Position numbers and translations under genes: made by a program. The notes under the pieces are model-generated. The model was not told the DNA's origin. It did not search any database and saw nothing but the letters and a program-made list of their open reading frames with translations. DNA of 51,873 nt from contig CAMWLA010000001.1 of assembly GCA_947174975.1 (NCBI GenBank), positions 1 through 51,873 of the forward strand, written 5' to 3'. Shown in pieces: positions 8,856 through 17,462 of the stretch (position 1 is the stretch's first letter; each line of letters starts with the position of its first letter). This DNA comes from an uncultured Clostridia bacterium (lineage in GTDB: Bacteria; Bacillota; Clostridia; Christensenellales; Borkfalkiaceae).

Positions 8856-9042
8856 ACGGCGCAAGCAAAACCACGCTTTTGCGCAGCGCAACCCAATTTG
8901 CGCAAACCTACGCCTCGGCAGTTTGAATTGGCGCAACTATATGATAAGTTTGCCATTGGGGTTGCGCCAAGAAAGGCAGCGCCTTTAAAATCACGAAATT
9001 TTATCGTCGCAGAATAGACGATAAAATTTGTGAGGTAATAAT
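8856..9042 (+). promoter_or_regulatory. structured 5' leader, type 2, copy 2 (upstream of rng)
   Basis: Same architecture as copy 1. AAAGGC-AGC-GCCTTT (8972-8986). 13-bp stem 8996-9008/9017-9029 with the identical loop GCAGAATA. TCAC (8991-94) pairs with GTGA (9030-33) of the SD GTGAGG. Confidence 0.7.
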
Positions 9043-10527
9043 ATGAAGAAAACTCTGTATTTCGATGAATATTGCGGGTACGCCGTTTCGGCGGTTACCG
9101 AGAACGGCAAGCTGACCGAATTCAATTTCGAAAAAGACGGCAACCGTTCTATTAAGGGCAACATATATAAGGGTAAAATAGTAAACGTTCTCAACGGAAT
9201 GCAAGCGGCTTTCGTCGACTGCGGGTTAGAGCGGAACTGTTATTTATCCGCGGACGACGCTATCCCCTACGCCGAAAAGTACGACGGCAGTCACGGTGAA
9301 ATTACCTTTCCAGAATTGAAAGAGGGCGACGACGTAATCGTTCAAGTAGTCAAACCGCCCGTAGGCAAAAAGGGCGCAAAGGTTACGCTGTTCCCATCGT
9401 TCGTAGGCAAAACTATAATATATCTGCCGAACACGCCGTTCGTCGGGGTTTCGCGCAAAATTGCAGACGACGAGCTGAGAAAAAGCCTTGCGTATTCGGT
9501 AAGCAGACTTATACGCGGCGACGAGGGTATCGTTCTTCGCACCGCTTCGCCCTACACCCGCCGAGACCTTTTGGAAAGCGAGCTTACAAGCCTTAAAACA
9601 ATTTATCAAAACGTTTTACAAAGCTTTGAAAGCGCGGAAACGGGTGCGGTTCTTTATTCGGAAATGGGGCTTTTGAAACGCGTTCTGCGCGATATATTGA
9701 GCTATGATATCGAGGAAATAGTAGTCGGAAACGAGAAGCTTAAAAAAGTAATCGAGGGGTTTTACACCCTTTTCCCGCCCGCACGGCGCAGACCTATTAC
9801 CGTACATAATTCGGGCAAGGATATGCTTGACGAATACGGCATAGGCGCACAGATTGCAAAAATGATTGAACCGCGCGCAGAGCTTGAAAACGGAGCGTAC
9901 CTCGTCATAGACAAGTGCGAAGCGCTGACCGCTATCGACGTGAACACCGGCGCATTTACCGGCGGCGACAACCTCGAGCAGACGGTATATTATACCAACG
10001 TGCTTGCGGCGCGCGAGATCGCGCGGCAAGTGAAGCTCAGAAATATCGGCGGAATAGTCGTCGTCGACTTTATTGATATGGCAAGCGAAGCGCACAACAA
10101 AACGGTTGTGGAAGAGCTTGAAAACGCACTTAAAAACAACGGCTCTAAATGTTCGGTAAGTCAGATGTCTCAGTTCGGACTTGTGGAATTTACGAGAAAA
10201 CGCGAGGGTTCGGGCGCACTGTCCTTGATGTGTAAGCCTTGTTCGAGGTGCAGAAACGGCTTTATAAAATCGCCCAAGTTCACTATGCTTGAAACGCGTG
10301 CAAAGCTTTTGCACCTTTACGCGGAAGGACATAGGCGCATACTTTTGGACGTTGCCGCGGATATGTCGGAACAGCTTTCAAGCTGGACTGCATTCTCCGA
10401 CGACTTAAAAACGCGCATGCCCGATTTACAGATTTACCTGACCCCGCACCGCTCCTATCCGGACGACCAAGTGCGTATCCGTTGCGGGCAGTTTGAAATT
10501 AAAGAAAATACGGTTAAATTATATTAA
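9043..10527 (+). CDS. rng: ribonuclease G/E family endoribonuclease
   Basis: 494 aa. S1 domain IYKGKIVNVLNGMQAAFVDCGLERNCYL. Catalytic-core blocks TAIDVNTG, RNIGGIVVVDFIDM and GLVEFTRKR. Confidence 0.9.
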   Translation: MKKTLYFDEYCGYAVSAVTENGKLTEFNFEKDGNRSIKGNIYKGKIVNVLNGMQAAFVDCGLERNCYLSADDAIPYAEKYDGSHGEITFPELKEGDDVIVQVVKPPVGKKGAKVTLFPSFVGKTIIYLPNTPFVGVSRKIADDELRKSLAYSVSRLIRGDEGIVLRTASPYTRRDLLESELTSLKTIYQNVLQSFESAETGAVLYSEMGLLKRVLRDILSYDIEEIVVGNEKLKKVIEGFYTLFPPARRRPITVHNSGKDMLDEYGIGAQIAKMIEPRAELENGAYLVIDKCEALTAIDVNTGAFTGGDNLEQTVYYTNVLAAREIARQVKLRNIGGIVVVDFIDMASEAHNKTVVEELENALKNNGSKCSVSQMSQFGLVEFTRKREGSGALSLMCKPCSRCRNGFIKSPKFTMLETRAKLLHLYAEGHRRILLDVAADMSEQLSSWTAFSDDLKTRMPDLQIYLTPHRSYPDDQVRIRCGQFEIKENTVKLY

Positions 10528-10532
10528 GCAAA

Positions 10533-10570
10533 GCGACGGGCGGTATCCACCGCCCGTCGTTACTTTTTAC
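10533..10570. terminator. bidirectional terminator between convergent rng and ORF 10567-11007
   Basis: Stem GACGGGCGG/CCGCCCGTC, loop TATCCA, T-rich on the plus side. Confidence 0.7.
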
Positions 10571-11007
10571 AAAAACTTTTTTAACTTCGTTTCAAAACCT
10601 TCTTCCAATTTTACAAGCTCGGTTAAAAGCTTTTTAACTTCGGGGTCCATAGTCGTTCCGCCGTCGGTCAAAGTGGTTTTAAGGGAAGTAATTCCGGTTA
10701 CCGTGCCGCGAATCATCATCTGGGCAATGTTCTGCGAAGAATTGTCGTTTGCCGTACCCATTTTGATTGCGCTCCACATCATAGCCTTTTTGATGGGGCT
10801 GGGTTCCTTTACGTCAACGTTATACTTCAAGGCAAGCGCAGCCGCCTTAGAGCATATCTTTTCGTACTCCTCGTGTTCGCGCATAATTTCGTCACGAATG
10901 TCGCCGTCCACTACCTCGGGCATTATGTCCGAAATAGACTCAAGCGCAAGCTGTGCATTGCGGTAAATTTCCGCAACGACTTCACTGTCAGTTTTTTTCT
11001 TTTCCAT
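10567..11007 (-). CDS. hypothetical helical protein
   Basis: 146-aa ORF with a plausible RBS (AAGGAGATCT). Predicted all-helical, no family recognised. Shares a bidirectional terminator with rng. Confidence 0.6.
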   Translation of the reverse strand: MEKKKTDSEVVAEIYRNAQLALESISDIMPEVVDGDIRDEIMREHEEYEKICSKAAALALKYNVDVKEPSPIKKAMMWSAIKMGTANDNSSQNIAQMMIRGTVTGITSLKTTLTDGGTTMDPEVKKLLTELVKLEEGFETKLKKFL

Positions 11008-11192
11008 AAGAGATCTCCTTATCGTTTCTAAATTATATTTTGCCGTTTTTTAATAAAATAATACCCGCTAACACTTTTTTGCTTGTCTGCCGTTTCCCTA
11101 AGGGACCCCTCGGCAGAGCGTCGCGCAAATCGCGCTCGCACATACCGCAAGCAATTCCCGCAAAAAGTTTTATCCGCTATACTCATAATTGC

Positions 11193-11221
11193 TTGACACA
11201 AACGCTTAATTATGATAAATT
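11193..11221 (+). promoter_or_regulatory. rplU-rpmA promoter
   Basis: TTGACA (11193-98), 17-nt spacer, extended -10 TGaTAAATT (11213-21). Confidence 0.65.
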
Positions 11222-11227
11222 TTTATA

Positions 11228-11319
11228 TGAGCCGCTCGGGACGGGCCCCTAAATGCGCTATGCGCTGCCTAAGCTTTTGGCAAAGATATCCGGCGAGACT
11301 GGTGAGAGGAGGTAAAACT
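11228..11319 (+). promoter_or_regulatory. possible L21-leader-type ribosomal protein leader
   Basis: ~95-nt GC-rich untranslated leader between the promoter and rplU, the position of the Firmicutes L21 leader. I could not verify its fold by eye. Confidence 0.3.
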
Positions 11320-11679
11320 ATGTACGCGATTTTCGAAAACGGAAGCAAACAGTATAAGGTTTGCGAAGGCGACCTTTTAAAGGTTGAAAAGCTGAGCGCC
11401 AATATCGGCGACACCGTAGAATTCCCCGTTGTGCTTGTTGCAGACGATAACGGAATTAAGGTCGGTAAAGAGGTTGAAAGCTTAAAGGTTACTTGCGAAG
11501 TCGTATCTCAAGGCAAGGAAAAGAAGATTATCGTCTTCAAGTACAAGGCTAAGAAAAACGAGAGAAAGAAGCAAGGCCACAGACAGCCCTTTACTCAAGT
11601 AAAAGTTACGGCAATCGGCGCGCCCGCAACAAAGAAGGCGTCAACCAAGAAAGCTGCAGCGGAAGCTAAAGCTGAATAA
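11320..11679 (+). CDS. rplU: 50S ribosomal protein L21 (bL21)
   Basis: ORF trimmed to [14 protein letters not shown] at 11320 with GAGAGGAGG RBS. Canonical bL21 N-terminus. Lys/Ala-rich tail. Confidence 0.93.
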   Translation: MYAIFENGSKQYKVCEGDLLKVEKLSANIGDTVEFPVVLVADDNGIKVGKEVESLKVTCEVVSQGKEKKIIVFKYKAKKNERKKQGHRQPFTQVKVTAIGAPATKKASTKKAAAEAKAE

Positions 11680-11697
11680 TTTCAGGAGGATAACAAA

Positions 11698-11976
11698 ATG
11701 ATATTTTTAAGTTTATTCGCCCATAAGAAAGGTACCGGTTCTTCGCACAACGGCAGAGACAGTAATCCCAAAATGCTCGGCGTTAAGCGCGCTGACGGAC
11801 AGCACGTGCTTGCGGGAAATATCCTTGTAAGACAGCGCGGCTCGAAGTTCAAGGCGGGCAACGGCGTCGGTATGGGAAAAGACGACACTCTGTTTGCGCT
11901 TGTTGACGGCACCGTCAGATTTGAAAGAGTGGGCAAAGACGGAAAGCAAGTTTGCGTTTATCCCGTCGCAGAATAA
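11698..11976 (+). CDS. rpmA: 50S ribosomal protein L27 (bL27) with N-terminal propeptide
   Basis: [22 protein letters not shown]... The mature part matches the bL27 start (AHKK.GGS..NGRDS). The 7-aa extension resembles the Firmicutes Prp-cleaved propeptide. Confidence 0.93.
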   Translation: MIFLSLFAHKKGTGSSHNGRDSNPKMLGVKRADGQHVLAGNILVRQRGSKFKAGNGVGMGKDDTLFALVDGTVRFERVGKDGKQVCVYPVAE

Positions 11977-11983
11977 GAAAGTA

Positions 11984-12015
11984 AAAAAGCGAGTTGATAT
12001 GCTCGCTTTTTTTAA
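11984..12015 (+). terminator. rho-independent terminator after rpmA
   Basis: Stem AAAAAGCGAG/CTCGCTTTTT followed by TTTAAT. Confidence 0.8.
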
Positions 12016-12026
12016 TAGGTAAAATT

Positions 12027-12506
12027 ATGTTACACGTATACCCGCTGAAAGATACAGACAGCGAAATATTCAAAAAACTTTTCAAAGATTATTATGCCGA
12101 GCTGGACTGCGCGGACGATACCGCGCACCTCGTCGACGAATATATAATCCCCGATATGATTGCGGGGCTTCTGCACGTCGATCTCATTGCGGACGGCGCC
12201 GTTTCGGGCTTCGTCATTTATCAGATAGACGATATCAACAACGAATGGAATTTTAAAGAGGGCTGGGGCGATATCCGCGAAATTTATATTACCCCCTCAC
12301 GCCGCCGTCAAGGTTTGGGCAAGTTCCTTTTATTTACCGCCGAAATGAAGCTGAAAGAGGCGGGCGCGAAAAAATCGTATTGTCTGCCTTATGAGGGTGC
12401 AGCTGCCTTCTTTACCGCGTGCGGATATAGCGATTCATCCGAATACTGCGAAGATTTGGACTGCACCGTGTTTGAAAAAAATAATCTGAATAACTGTTGT
12501 AAATGA
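12027..12506 (+). CDS. GNAT-family N-acetyltransferase
   Basis: ORF trimmed to MLHVYPLKD at 12027, downstream of the rpmA terminator. Acetyl-CoA motif RRRQGLGKFLL. Confidence 0.8.
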   Translation: MLHVYPLKDTDSEIFKKLFKDYYAELDCADDTAHLVDEYIIPDMIAGLLHVDLIADGAVSGFVIYQIDDINNEWNFKEGWGDIREIYITPSRRRQGLGKFLLFTAEMKLKEAGAKKSYCLPYEGAAAFFTACGYSDSSEYCEDLDCTVFEKNNLNNCCK

Positions 12507-13171
12507 ATAAAATTATCTATGCACGCCGTGAAAATTTAAGCGGCGAAATAACAACAAAAAGCTTTGAAATTCTTATACCGGATAGCGGCCGTATAACCGT
12601 TATACCTCCGCTGAAAAAGCATTGTGCTGAATTTGAGGGGATAAGAATTATCTTTGACCATGCCTTGCTACCCTTTAACGATATTTGCGAAATCGACGAC
12701 AGCGAAGACGGTGCAATTGCTTTTTGCGCAAAACAAGCATTGAAATATTTCGAAAGCGGGACCGCAAAAGTAGAGTTGATTTTAGCGTCGCTCGGAAATC
12801 TTTTAATAAGCTACGTAACGGCGTTCGGCACCGAAAAGCAGTTTTCGCCAGTGGTAGAGCTTGTCCGCGCGGAAATTGCAAAGGGCGTATCCGATTGCAG
12901 TTTTTCCATTCAAGACGCATTGAAAAAACTGCCGTTAAATTACGACTATATCAGAAAGCTTTTCAAAAAGGAAACGGGCGCAACGCCGTACGAATACCTT
13001 TTAAAGGAAAGAATGGCGCTTGCACAGCAACTTATACTTAGCGGAATTTCCAACAAGTTTTCAAGCTACACGATTTCGCAGATTTCCGAAGCGTGCGGAT
13101 ATTCCGAACCCCTCTACTTTTCGCGGGTGTTCAAACAATACTTCGGCGTTTCCCCAAGTGAATATAAATAA
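12503..13171 (+). CDS. AraC-family transcriptional regulator
   Basis: C-terminal double HTH (YIRKLFKKETGATPYEYLLKERMALAQQLI ... ISEACGYSEPLYFSRVFKQYFGVSPSEY). ATGA overlap with the GNAT stop. Confidence 0.8.
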   Translation: MNKIIYARRENLSGEITTKSFEILIPDSGRITVIPPLKKHCAEFEGIRIIFDHALLPFNDICEIDDSEDGAIAFCAKQALKYFESGTAKVELILASLGNLLISYVTAFGTEKQFSPVVELVRAEIAKGVSDCSFSIQDALKKLPLNYDYIRKLFKKETGATPYEYLLKERMALAQQLILSGISNKFSSYTISQISEACGYSEPLYFSRVFKQYFGVSPSEYK

Positions 13172-13199
13172 AGGAAGTACGGCGTACTTCCTTTTTTTG
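13171..13199 (+). terminator. rho-independent terminator after the AraC gene
   Basis: Stem AAGGAAGTAC/GTACTTCCTT plus TTTTT. Confidence 0.8.
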
Positions 13200-13200
13200 T

Positions 13201-13638
13201 TTACAGATAATCCGGTATTTGCAGTCCTAATTCTCGATATAAAAATCTGTACGTTTCGGGAATAGCCTTATCTGACGTAAGCTCACTGAAAAACTTATTT
13301 GAATCAGATGTTTCTTTGATATATCTAACTACAAAAATGATTGTATTTTCTCTTGCGACGTCTGAATACGTGTTAAGAATTTTTCTCATTTCTTTTAACG
13401 GGCACGGCAGTTCGTTTTGAAAATACGCCAGCTCCTCTTCCGATATGCCTCTATTCAAATCGTGAAAAGCCGCACAACGCCAGCTTCCGTCATCGACTTG
13501 CCAAGCGTATATGTTCGGGCCTCCCCCGCCTTTGCTTACCATATGATAATAGGGTGTATAATCGTAACTTTTACAGCCGCAAAAGAGTATTACAAACGGC
13601 ATTAATAAACAAAGCAAAACCGCCGCAGTTTTTTTCAT
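13201..13638 (-). CDS. putative lipoprotein, unknown function
   Basis: MKKTAAVLLCLLMPFVILFCGC lipobox. 145 aa. 7 nt downstream of the XRE-membrane gene. Confidence 0.65.
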   Translation of the reverse strand: MKKTAAVLLCLLMPFVILFCGCKSYDYTPYYHMVSKGGGGPNIYAWQVDDGSWRCAAFHDLNRGISEEELAYFQNELPCPLKEMRKILNTYSDVARENTIIFVVRYIKETSDSNKFFSELTSDKAIPETYRFLYRELGLQIPDYL

Positions 13639-13645
13639 AATGAGC

Positions 13646-14245
13646 CTACCTCCTACCGTTCATATGGAAAGTATCCGAACCGATAATTCCTATACCGACC
13701 ACTAACGTTATTATAAACAGACAAACGGTAAGTCCGAAAGCTACTCCTTCGGCAATTCTTAAAATCTTTTCGTGCTTGAAGTTACCGAACAGTAAAACGG
13801 TTGTATAACCCGAATTTAAAAGACATAAAATAAACGAAATTATTGCAAGCGGATTTTTTACTTTGAAATATGCGCTTAAAAGATTGATCGTGCCGTAGAC
13901 GTATAGGCTTGAGCTTGTGAACTCGTTACCGTAACTGAAAATAGGAATCACCAACAACAGTAAAAGCGTTAACGAAATAATGAGTGCGACTGCCGTCAGC
14001 GAAATCCACAAAGGTTTTAAAGAAGATTTAACTGTCGCTGAAATTCTCTCTTCCTCGGGCATCAATTCACTTGTAGCAACTTTAAAATAATCGGCAAGCC
14101 GTTTTAAATTTTCCTCGGTCGGATATACCGCACCGCTTTCGTATTTAGTTATAAGCGTCCGCGAAACCAGAATTTCGTTTGCGAGATTTTCCTGCGTAAG
14201 ATTTTTCTGTTTTCTAAACTGCCTCAATTTTTCCGAAAAACTCAA
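13646..14245 (-). CDS. membrane-anchored XRE-family HTH protein
   Basis: N-terminal HTH LRQFRKQKNLTQENLANEILVSRTLITKYESG, followed by about four hydrophobic helices. Confidence 0.75.
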   Translation of the reverse strand: MSFSEKLRQFRKQKNLTQENLANEILVSRTLITKYESGAVYPTEENLKRLADYFKVATSELMPEEERISATVKSSLKPLWISLTAVALIISLTLLLLLVIPIFSYGNEFTSSSLYVYGTINLLSAYFKVKNPLAIISFILCLLNSGYTTVLLFGNFKHEKILRIAEGVAFGLTVCLFIITLVVGIGIIGSDTFHMNGRR

Positions 14246-14320
14246 AGATATACCTCCTTTACAACTTCATTATATCATACAAATTTATTAAATCCATATT
14301 TCATGATGTGAATAAATGTG

Positions 14321-14353
14321 AAAACAAGCGGAGCTTTCAGCTCCGCTTGTTTA
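14321..14353 (-). terminator. terminator after the alpha/beta hydrolase gene
   Basis: 13-bp stem AAACAAGCGGAGC/GCTCCGCTTGTTT. Confidence 0.7.
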
Positions 14354-14356
14354 TTA

Positions 14357-15334
14357 TTATGCGTTAAAATTATTTTTGAAAAACTCTTCTAACTTGTTAA
14401 AGGGGATTATATCTTTTCTGTCGTACAAATCGGTATGAACCGCGTCGGGAATGATAAGCAGTTCCTTGTTATCACCCTTTAAATTTTTGAACGCGTCTTT
14501 ACTGAAATAGCACGAATGCGCCTTTTCGCCGTGCATTACAAGCACCGCGCTTCTGATTTCGCTGCTGTATGCAAGTATCGGCATATTGATAAACGAAAGT
14601 GCGGAAGTCTTATTCCAACCGCCGTTGGAATTTAACGAACGCTTGTGGTAACCGCGTTTGGTTTTGTAATAATCGTAATAGTCCTTTACGTAAAACGGCG
14701 CGTCTTCGGGAAGAGGGTCAACCACTCCGCCGCCCAGCTCGTAATTTCCGTTTTTATAATCCGTAATTCTCTGCGCGTTTAAGGCTTTTTTCGTTTCGAA
14801 CCTTGCCTCTTCACTGTCCGCGGAATCGAAATAGCCCTTGGCGTTCACCCTCGTCATATCGTACATTGTGGAAGCAACCGTCGCCTTAATTCGCGTATCG
14901 ATAGCCGCGGCATTGATTGCCATACCGCCCCAGCCGCAAATACCTATGATCCCGATTTTTTCGGCATCGACGTCATTACGGCATGATAGGTAATCGACCG
15001 CCGCGCAGAAATCTTCGGTATTGATATCGGGGGAAGCAACGTATCTCGGCTGACCGCCGCTTTCGCCGGTAAAAGATGGATCGAACGCGATAGTTAAGAA
15101 CCCGCGCTCAGCCAGCTCTTGCGCGTACAGTCCCGACGACTGCTCCTTTACCGCACCGAAAGGCCCGCATACCGCAATGGCGGGAAGCTTACCGTTTGCA
15201 TTTTTCGGAATATACAAGTCAGCCGCAAGTGTTATGCCGTAGCGGTTGTGAAAGGTAACTTTTTCGTGGTTCACCTTGTCGCTTTTTTCAAAAACCTTAT
15301 CCCATTCTTTCGTTAACTTTAATTTTTCTTTCAT
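14357..15334 (-). CDS. alpha/beta hydrolase (dienelactone-hydrolase-like, Cys nucleophile)
   Basis: 325 aa. Nucleophile elbow GIIGICGWGG (G-x-C-x-G). COG1073/YcjY-like layout. C-terminal DAVHTDLYD (His of the triad). Confidence 0.8.
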   Translation of the reverse strand: MKEKLKLTKEWDKVFEKSDKVNHEKVTFHNRYGITLAADLYIPKNANGKLPAIAVCGPFGAVKEQSSGLYAQELAERGFLTIAFDPSFTGESGGQPRYVASPDINTEDFCAAVDYLSCRNDVDAEKIGIIGICGWGGMAINAAAIDTRIKATVASTMYDMTRVNAKGYFDSADSEEARFETKKALNAQRITDYKNGNYELGGGVVDPLPEDAPFYVKDYYDYYKTKRGYHKRSLNSNGGWNKTSALSFINMPILAYSSEIRSAVLVMHGEKAHSCYFSKDAFKNLKGDNKELLIIPDAVHTDLYDRKDIIPFNKLEEFFKNNFNA

Positions 15335-15347
15335 ATCAACACCTTCC

Positions 15348-15944
15348 TTATTTAAGACTAATTCTCACTTGAACGCTTCCTTTGCCCGCACCGAGTAATG
15401 AGCGCAACTCGGAAACGGAATAGCCGTTTATTTTACCTAAACGCGTATACGACCACTCGTTACTGCCGTAGAATAAAACGATTTGATTACCCGAATATAA
15501 AATTACGTCGCCCGCTTCCGTCGTTATCTCGGAATTTTCGGTGGGCAGAGAATGACCTAAACTACCCACTATTTCAAAACCGCCGTAGTCGTTCGCCGTA
15601 TAAGTAATATCACCGTTTTTCAGTATTTCCACAAGCGCGGTGACGGCTTTGTTTTTTGCAAGCGTAACTTCAAGCTTATTGTCGTTTATATACAGATACA
15701 TAGCCGTAATTTCCTTTCCCTCGTCGGGTTGTTGTACCTCGCCCTCGTTTGGTTTTTCTTCGGGCGGCTCTTTGCCCTCCTCGGGTTGCTGCGCATCGTT
15801 CGGCTTCTCTTCTTTCCCCTCGTCGGGTTGCTGCGTTTCGCTGCCGCTTTGCGTTCCGTCCGGAAGTGAATCTGAATTACCGCCGCACCCTGCAAAGGTA
15901 AGCATAACGCACAGTATAAGTAAAAGCGCAAGTAATTTTTTCAT
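15348..15944 (-). CDS. lipoprotein with cyclophilin-like C-terminal domain
   Basis: ORF trimmed to MKKLLALLLILCVMLTFAGC at 15944. Linker with repeats QQPDEGKE/QQPEEGKE. C-terminal DYGGFEIVGSLGHSLPT...GDVILYSGNQIVLFYGSNEWSYTRLGKI resembles the cyclophilin-like family. Confidence 0.65.
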   Translation of the reverse strand: MKKLLALLLILCVMLTFAGCGGNSDSLPDGTQSGSETQQPDEGKEEKPNDAQQPEEGKEPPEEKPNEGEVQQPDEGKEITAMYLYINDNKLEVTLAKNKAVTALVEILKNGDITYTANDYGGFEIVGSLGHSLPTENSEITTEAGDVILYSGNQIVLFYGSNEWSYTRLGKINGYSVSELRSLLGAGKGSVQVRISLK

Positions 15945-15948
15945 GTTT

Positions 15949-16521
15949 CTATTTCCTCGGTACGTCCTTGATTTTGCGGGCGGGTATCCCCGCAACTACG
16001 GTATAAGCTTCTACGTCCTTGGTCACTACGGCACCCGCGGCAATAACCGCACCGTCGCCTACCGTAACGCCCGCAAGTATGGTTGCGTGCGCGCCTACCC
16101 ATACGCCGTTACCGATTTTAACGGGTGCGGCGGTCATATTTGCGCGCTTTTGCGGAATTAAATCGTGATTTAGCGTGGCTATAACGACTTGCTGACCGAT
16201 AAGTGCATTGTCGCCTATTTCTATGCCGCCTTGGTCTTGAAAACAGCAACCGGAATTAATAAATACGTTTTTGCCAACCGTAATATTCAATCCGTAATCT
16301 GCGGAAAACGGCGGAAATATTCCGAACCCTTCGTCAACCTCTTTCCCGATAAGCTTGGAAAACAGCTTCCTCAATTTTTTGGGATTTTGATAAGCGCCGT
16401 TCATTTTGGCCGTTATTTTACGCGCCCTTTGCGCCGCCCCGTGCATATGCTTATGCTCTTCCGACCCGGCAAATATATAACTGCTCTTTTTTATAGCATT
16501 TTTGAATTCTTCACTGTTCAT
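15949..16521 (-). CDS. sugar O-acetyltransferase (Maa/LacA-like, left-handed beta-helix)
   Basis: Hexapeptide repeats [49 protein letters not shown]-terminal AGIPARKI. Confidence 0.85.
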   Translation of the reverse strand: MNSEEFKNAIKKSSYIFAGSEEHKHMHGAAQRARKITAKMNGAYQNPKKLRKLFSKLIGKEVDEGFGIFPPFSADYGLNITVGKNVFINSGCCFQDQGGIEIGDNALIGQQVVIATLNHDLIPQKRANMTAAPVKIGNGVWVGAHATILAGVTVGDGAVIAAGAVVTKDVEAYTVVAGIPARKIKDVPRK

Positions 16522-16592
16522 AGCTAAATTATAAATCTTTACATTCAGTTATGTCAATTACTTATTATAAGTAATATTATGCGAAACAGAAA

Positions 16593-16613
16593 GGCGGAGC
16601 TGAAAGCTCCGCC
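16593..16613 (-). terminator. terminator after the MerR gene
   Basis: Stem GGCGGAGC/GCTCCGCC followed by TTTCTGTTT on the minus strand. Confidence 0.65.
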
Positions 16614-16619
16614 CGCGGT

Positions 16620-17336
16620 TTAATCTGAATACGTTTCCGTGTGATAGGTTTTAACTCCGCAGTGCGGGCACGTCAGTTTGCGCGTTTTAACGGTATGCTT
16701 AGAAAAGAAAAATTCACGGAACTTAGGACGGAATTTCTTTCCGCAACCGCTGCATACGTAAGCTAAATTACGGTATGCAACCGCAACGACCGCCGCAAGC
16801 ATTACCACAACGCACGGCATAGCTATTGCAAACGGCAGCCACCAACCTTTAACTCCCCACAGCACCGCGCAAGTTAAAATAACCGCGTCCGCGACAATGC
16901 CCGCAATAAGCATTGCCGCATAAGTTGCCCTTTGTTTATGCTTACCTTTCATAATAGTCTGTACGTCAAAGAATGAATTTCGGGTCATAGCCCTACCTTG
17001 GGAAAGGTATTCTTTTATTACTTTTACGCTGTCACGCTGCGAAAGCTTTTGTTTTATCTCTTCGTCCAACGCTTTTTCCCTTTCGGCAAGAACTGAAAGA
17101 AGAATTTTTTTGCAGTTTTCCTCGTCCGATAAAACTTCCTTGATTTCCGAAAGGCTGAGTCCAAGCTGCTTATACATACAGATTATCTGTAACGTTTTAA
17201 GCCCCTTTTCGCCGTAAAGCCTTCTGCCGCCCTCCGAAAAGCTTTCGGGTTTTAAAATACCCTCTCTGTCGTAGTACTGAACAGTGCGCACCGTAACGCC
17301 GCAAAGTTCGGCTAATTCTCCCGTAGAATATGACAT
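16620..17336 (-). CDS. MerR-family regulator with two TM helices and a C-terminal zinc ribbon
   Basis: ORF trimmed to MSYSTGELAELCGVTVRTVQYYDREGIL at 17336 (AAGGAGG RBS). Hydrophobic AMLIAGIVADAVILTCAVLWGV and WLPFAIAMPCVVVMLAAVVAVAY. CSGCG...CPHCG at the C-terminus. Confidence 0.8.
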   Translation of the reverse strand: MSYSTGELAELCGVTVRTVQYYDREGILKPESFSEGGRRLYGEKGLKTLQIICMYKQLGLSLSEIKEVLSDEENCKKILLSVLAEREKALDEEIKQKLSQRDSVKVIKEYLSQGRAMTRNSFFDVQTIMKGKHKQRATYAAMLIAGIVADAVILTCAVLWGVKGWWLPFAIAMPCVVVMLAAVVAVAYRNLAYVCSGCGKKFRPKFREFFFSKHTVKTRKLTCPHCGVKTYHTETYSD

Positions 17337-17354
17337 ACTTACCTCCTTACCCCG

Positions 17355-17385
17355 ACTATACAACGTTACGTTGCGTCACGAGCAA
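17355..17385 (-). promoter_or_regulatory. MerR-type promoter with 19-bp spacer and dyad operator
   Basis: Minus strand reads TTGCTC, then the 19-nt spacer GTGACGCAACGTAACGTTG, then TATAGT. The spacer contains the dyad CAACGT-A-ACGTTG (17361-17373). The overlong 19-bp spacer is the MerR-family hallmark. Confidence 0.6.
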
Positions 17386-17462
17386 GCGTTTTTTTAACTT
17401 TTTTTAAATATTTTAAATTTTTTACGATTAACGGCGCGGATATACTCCGCGCCGTTCAATAT

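Noticed and set aside
11085-11170. GC-rich hairpin cluster (CTGCCG...CGGCAG, CGCGCAAATCGCGC, CCGCAAGCAA) upstream of the rplU promoter. It shares CCTCGGCAG and GCAAGCAA strings with the type-2 leader.
   Set aside because: The shared strings are short and I could not extend them into a convincing alignment or common fold. I note it only as a possible degenerate relative for a covariance-model search.
15640-16161. 173-aa plus-strand ORF opposite the cyclophilin-like lipoprotein linker and the acetyltransferase.
   Set aside because: It is an antisense shadow over a repeat-encoding linker. It has no RBS and overlaps two well-supported genes.
17430-17456. 11-bp hairpin AACGGCGCGGA/TCCGCGCCGTT just after the GH105 stop.
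   Set aside because: I did not call it a terminator. On the transcribed (minus) strand it is followed by an A-rich tract, not a U-rich one. It may still be a stabilising hairpin or a weak stop.
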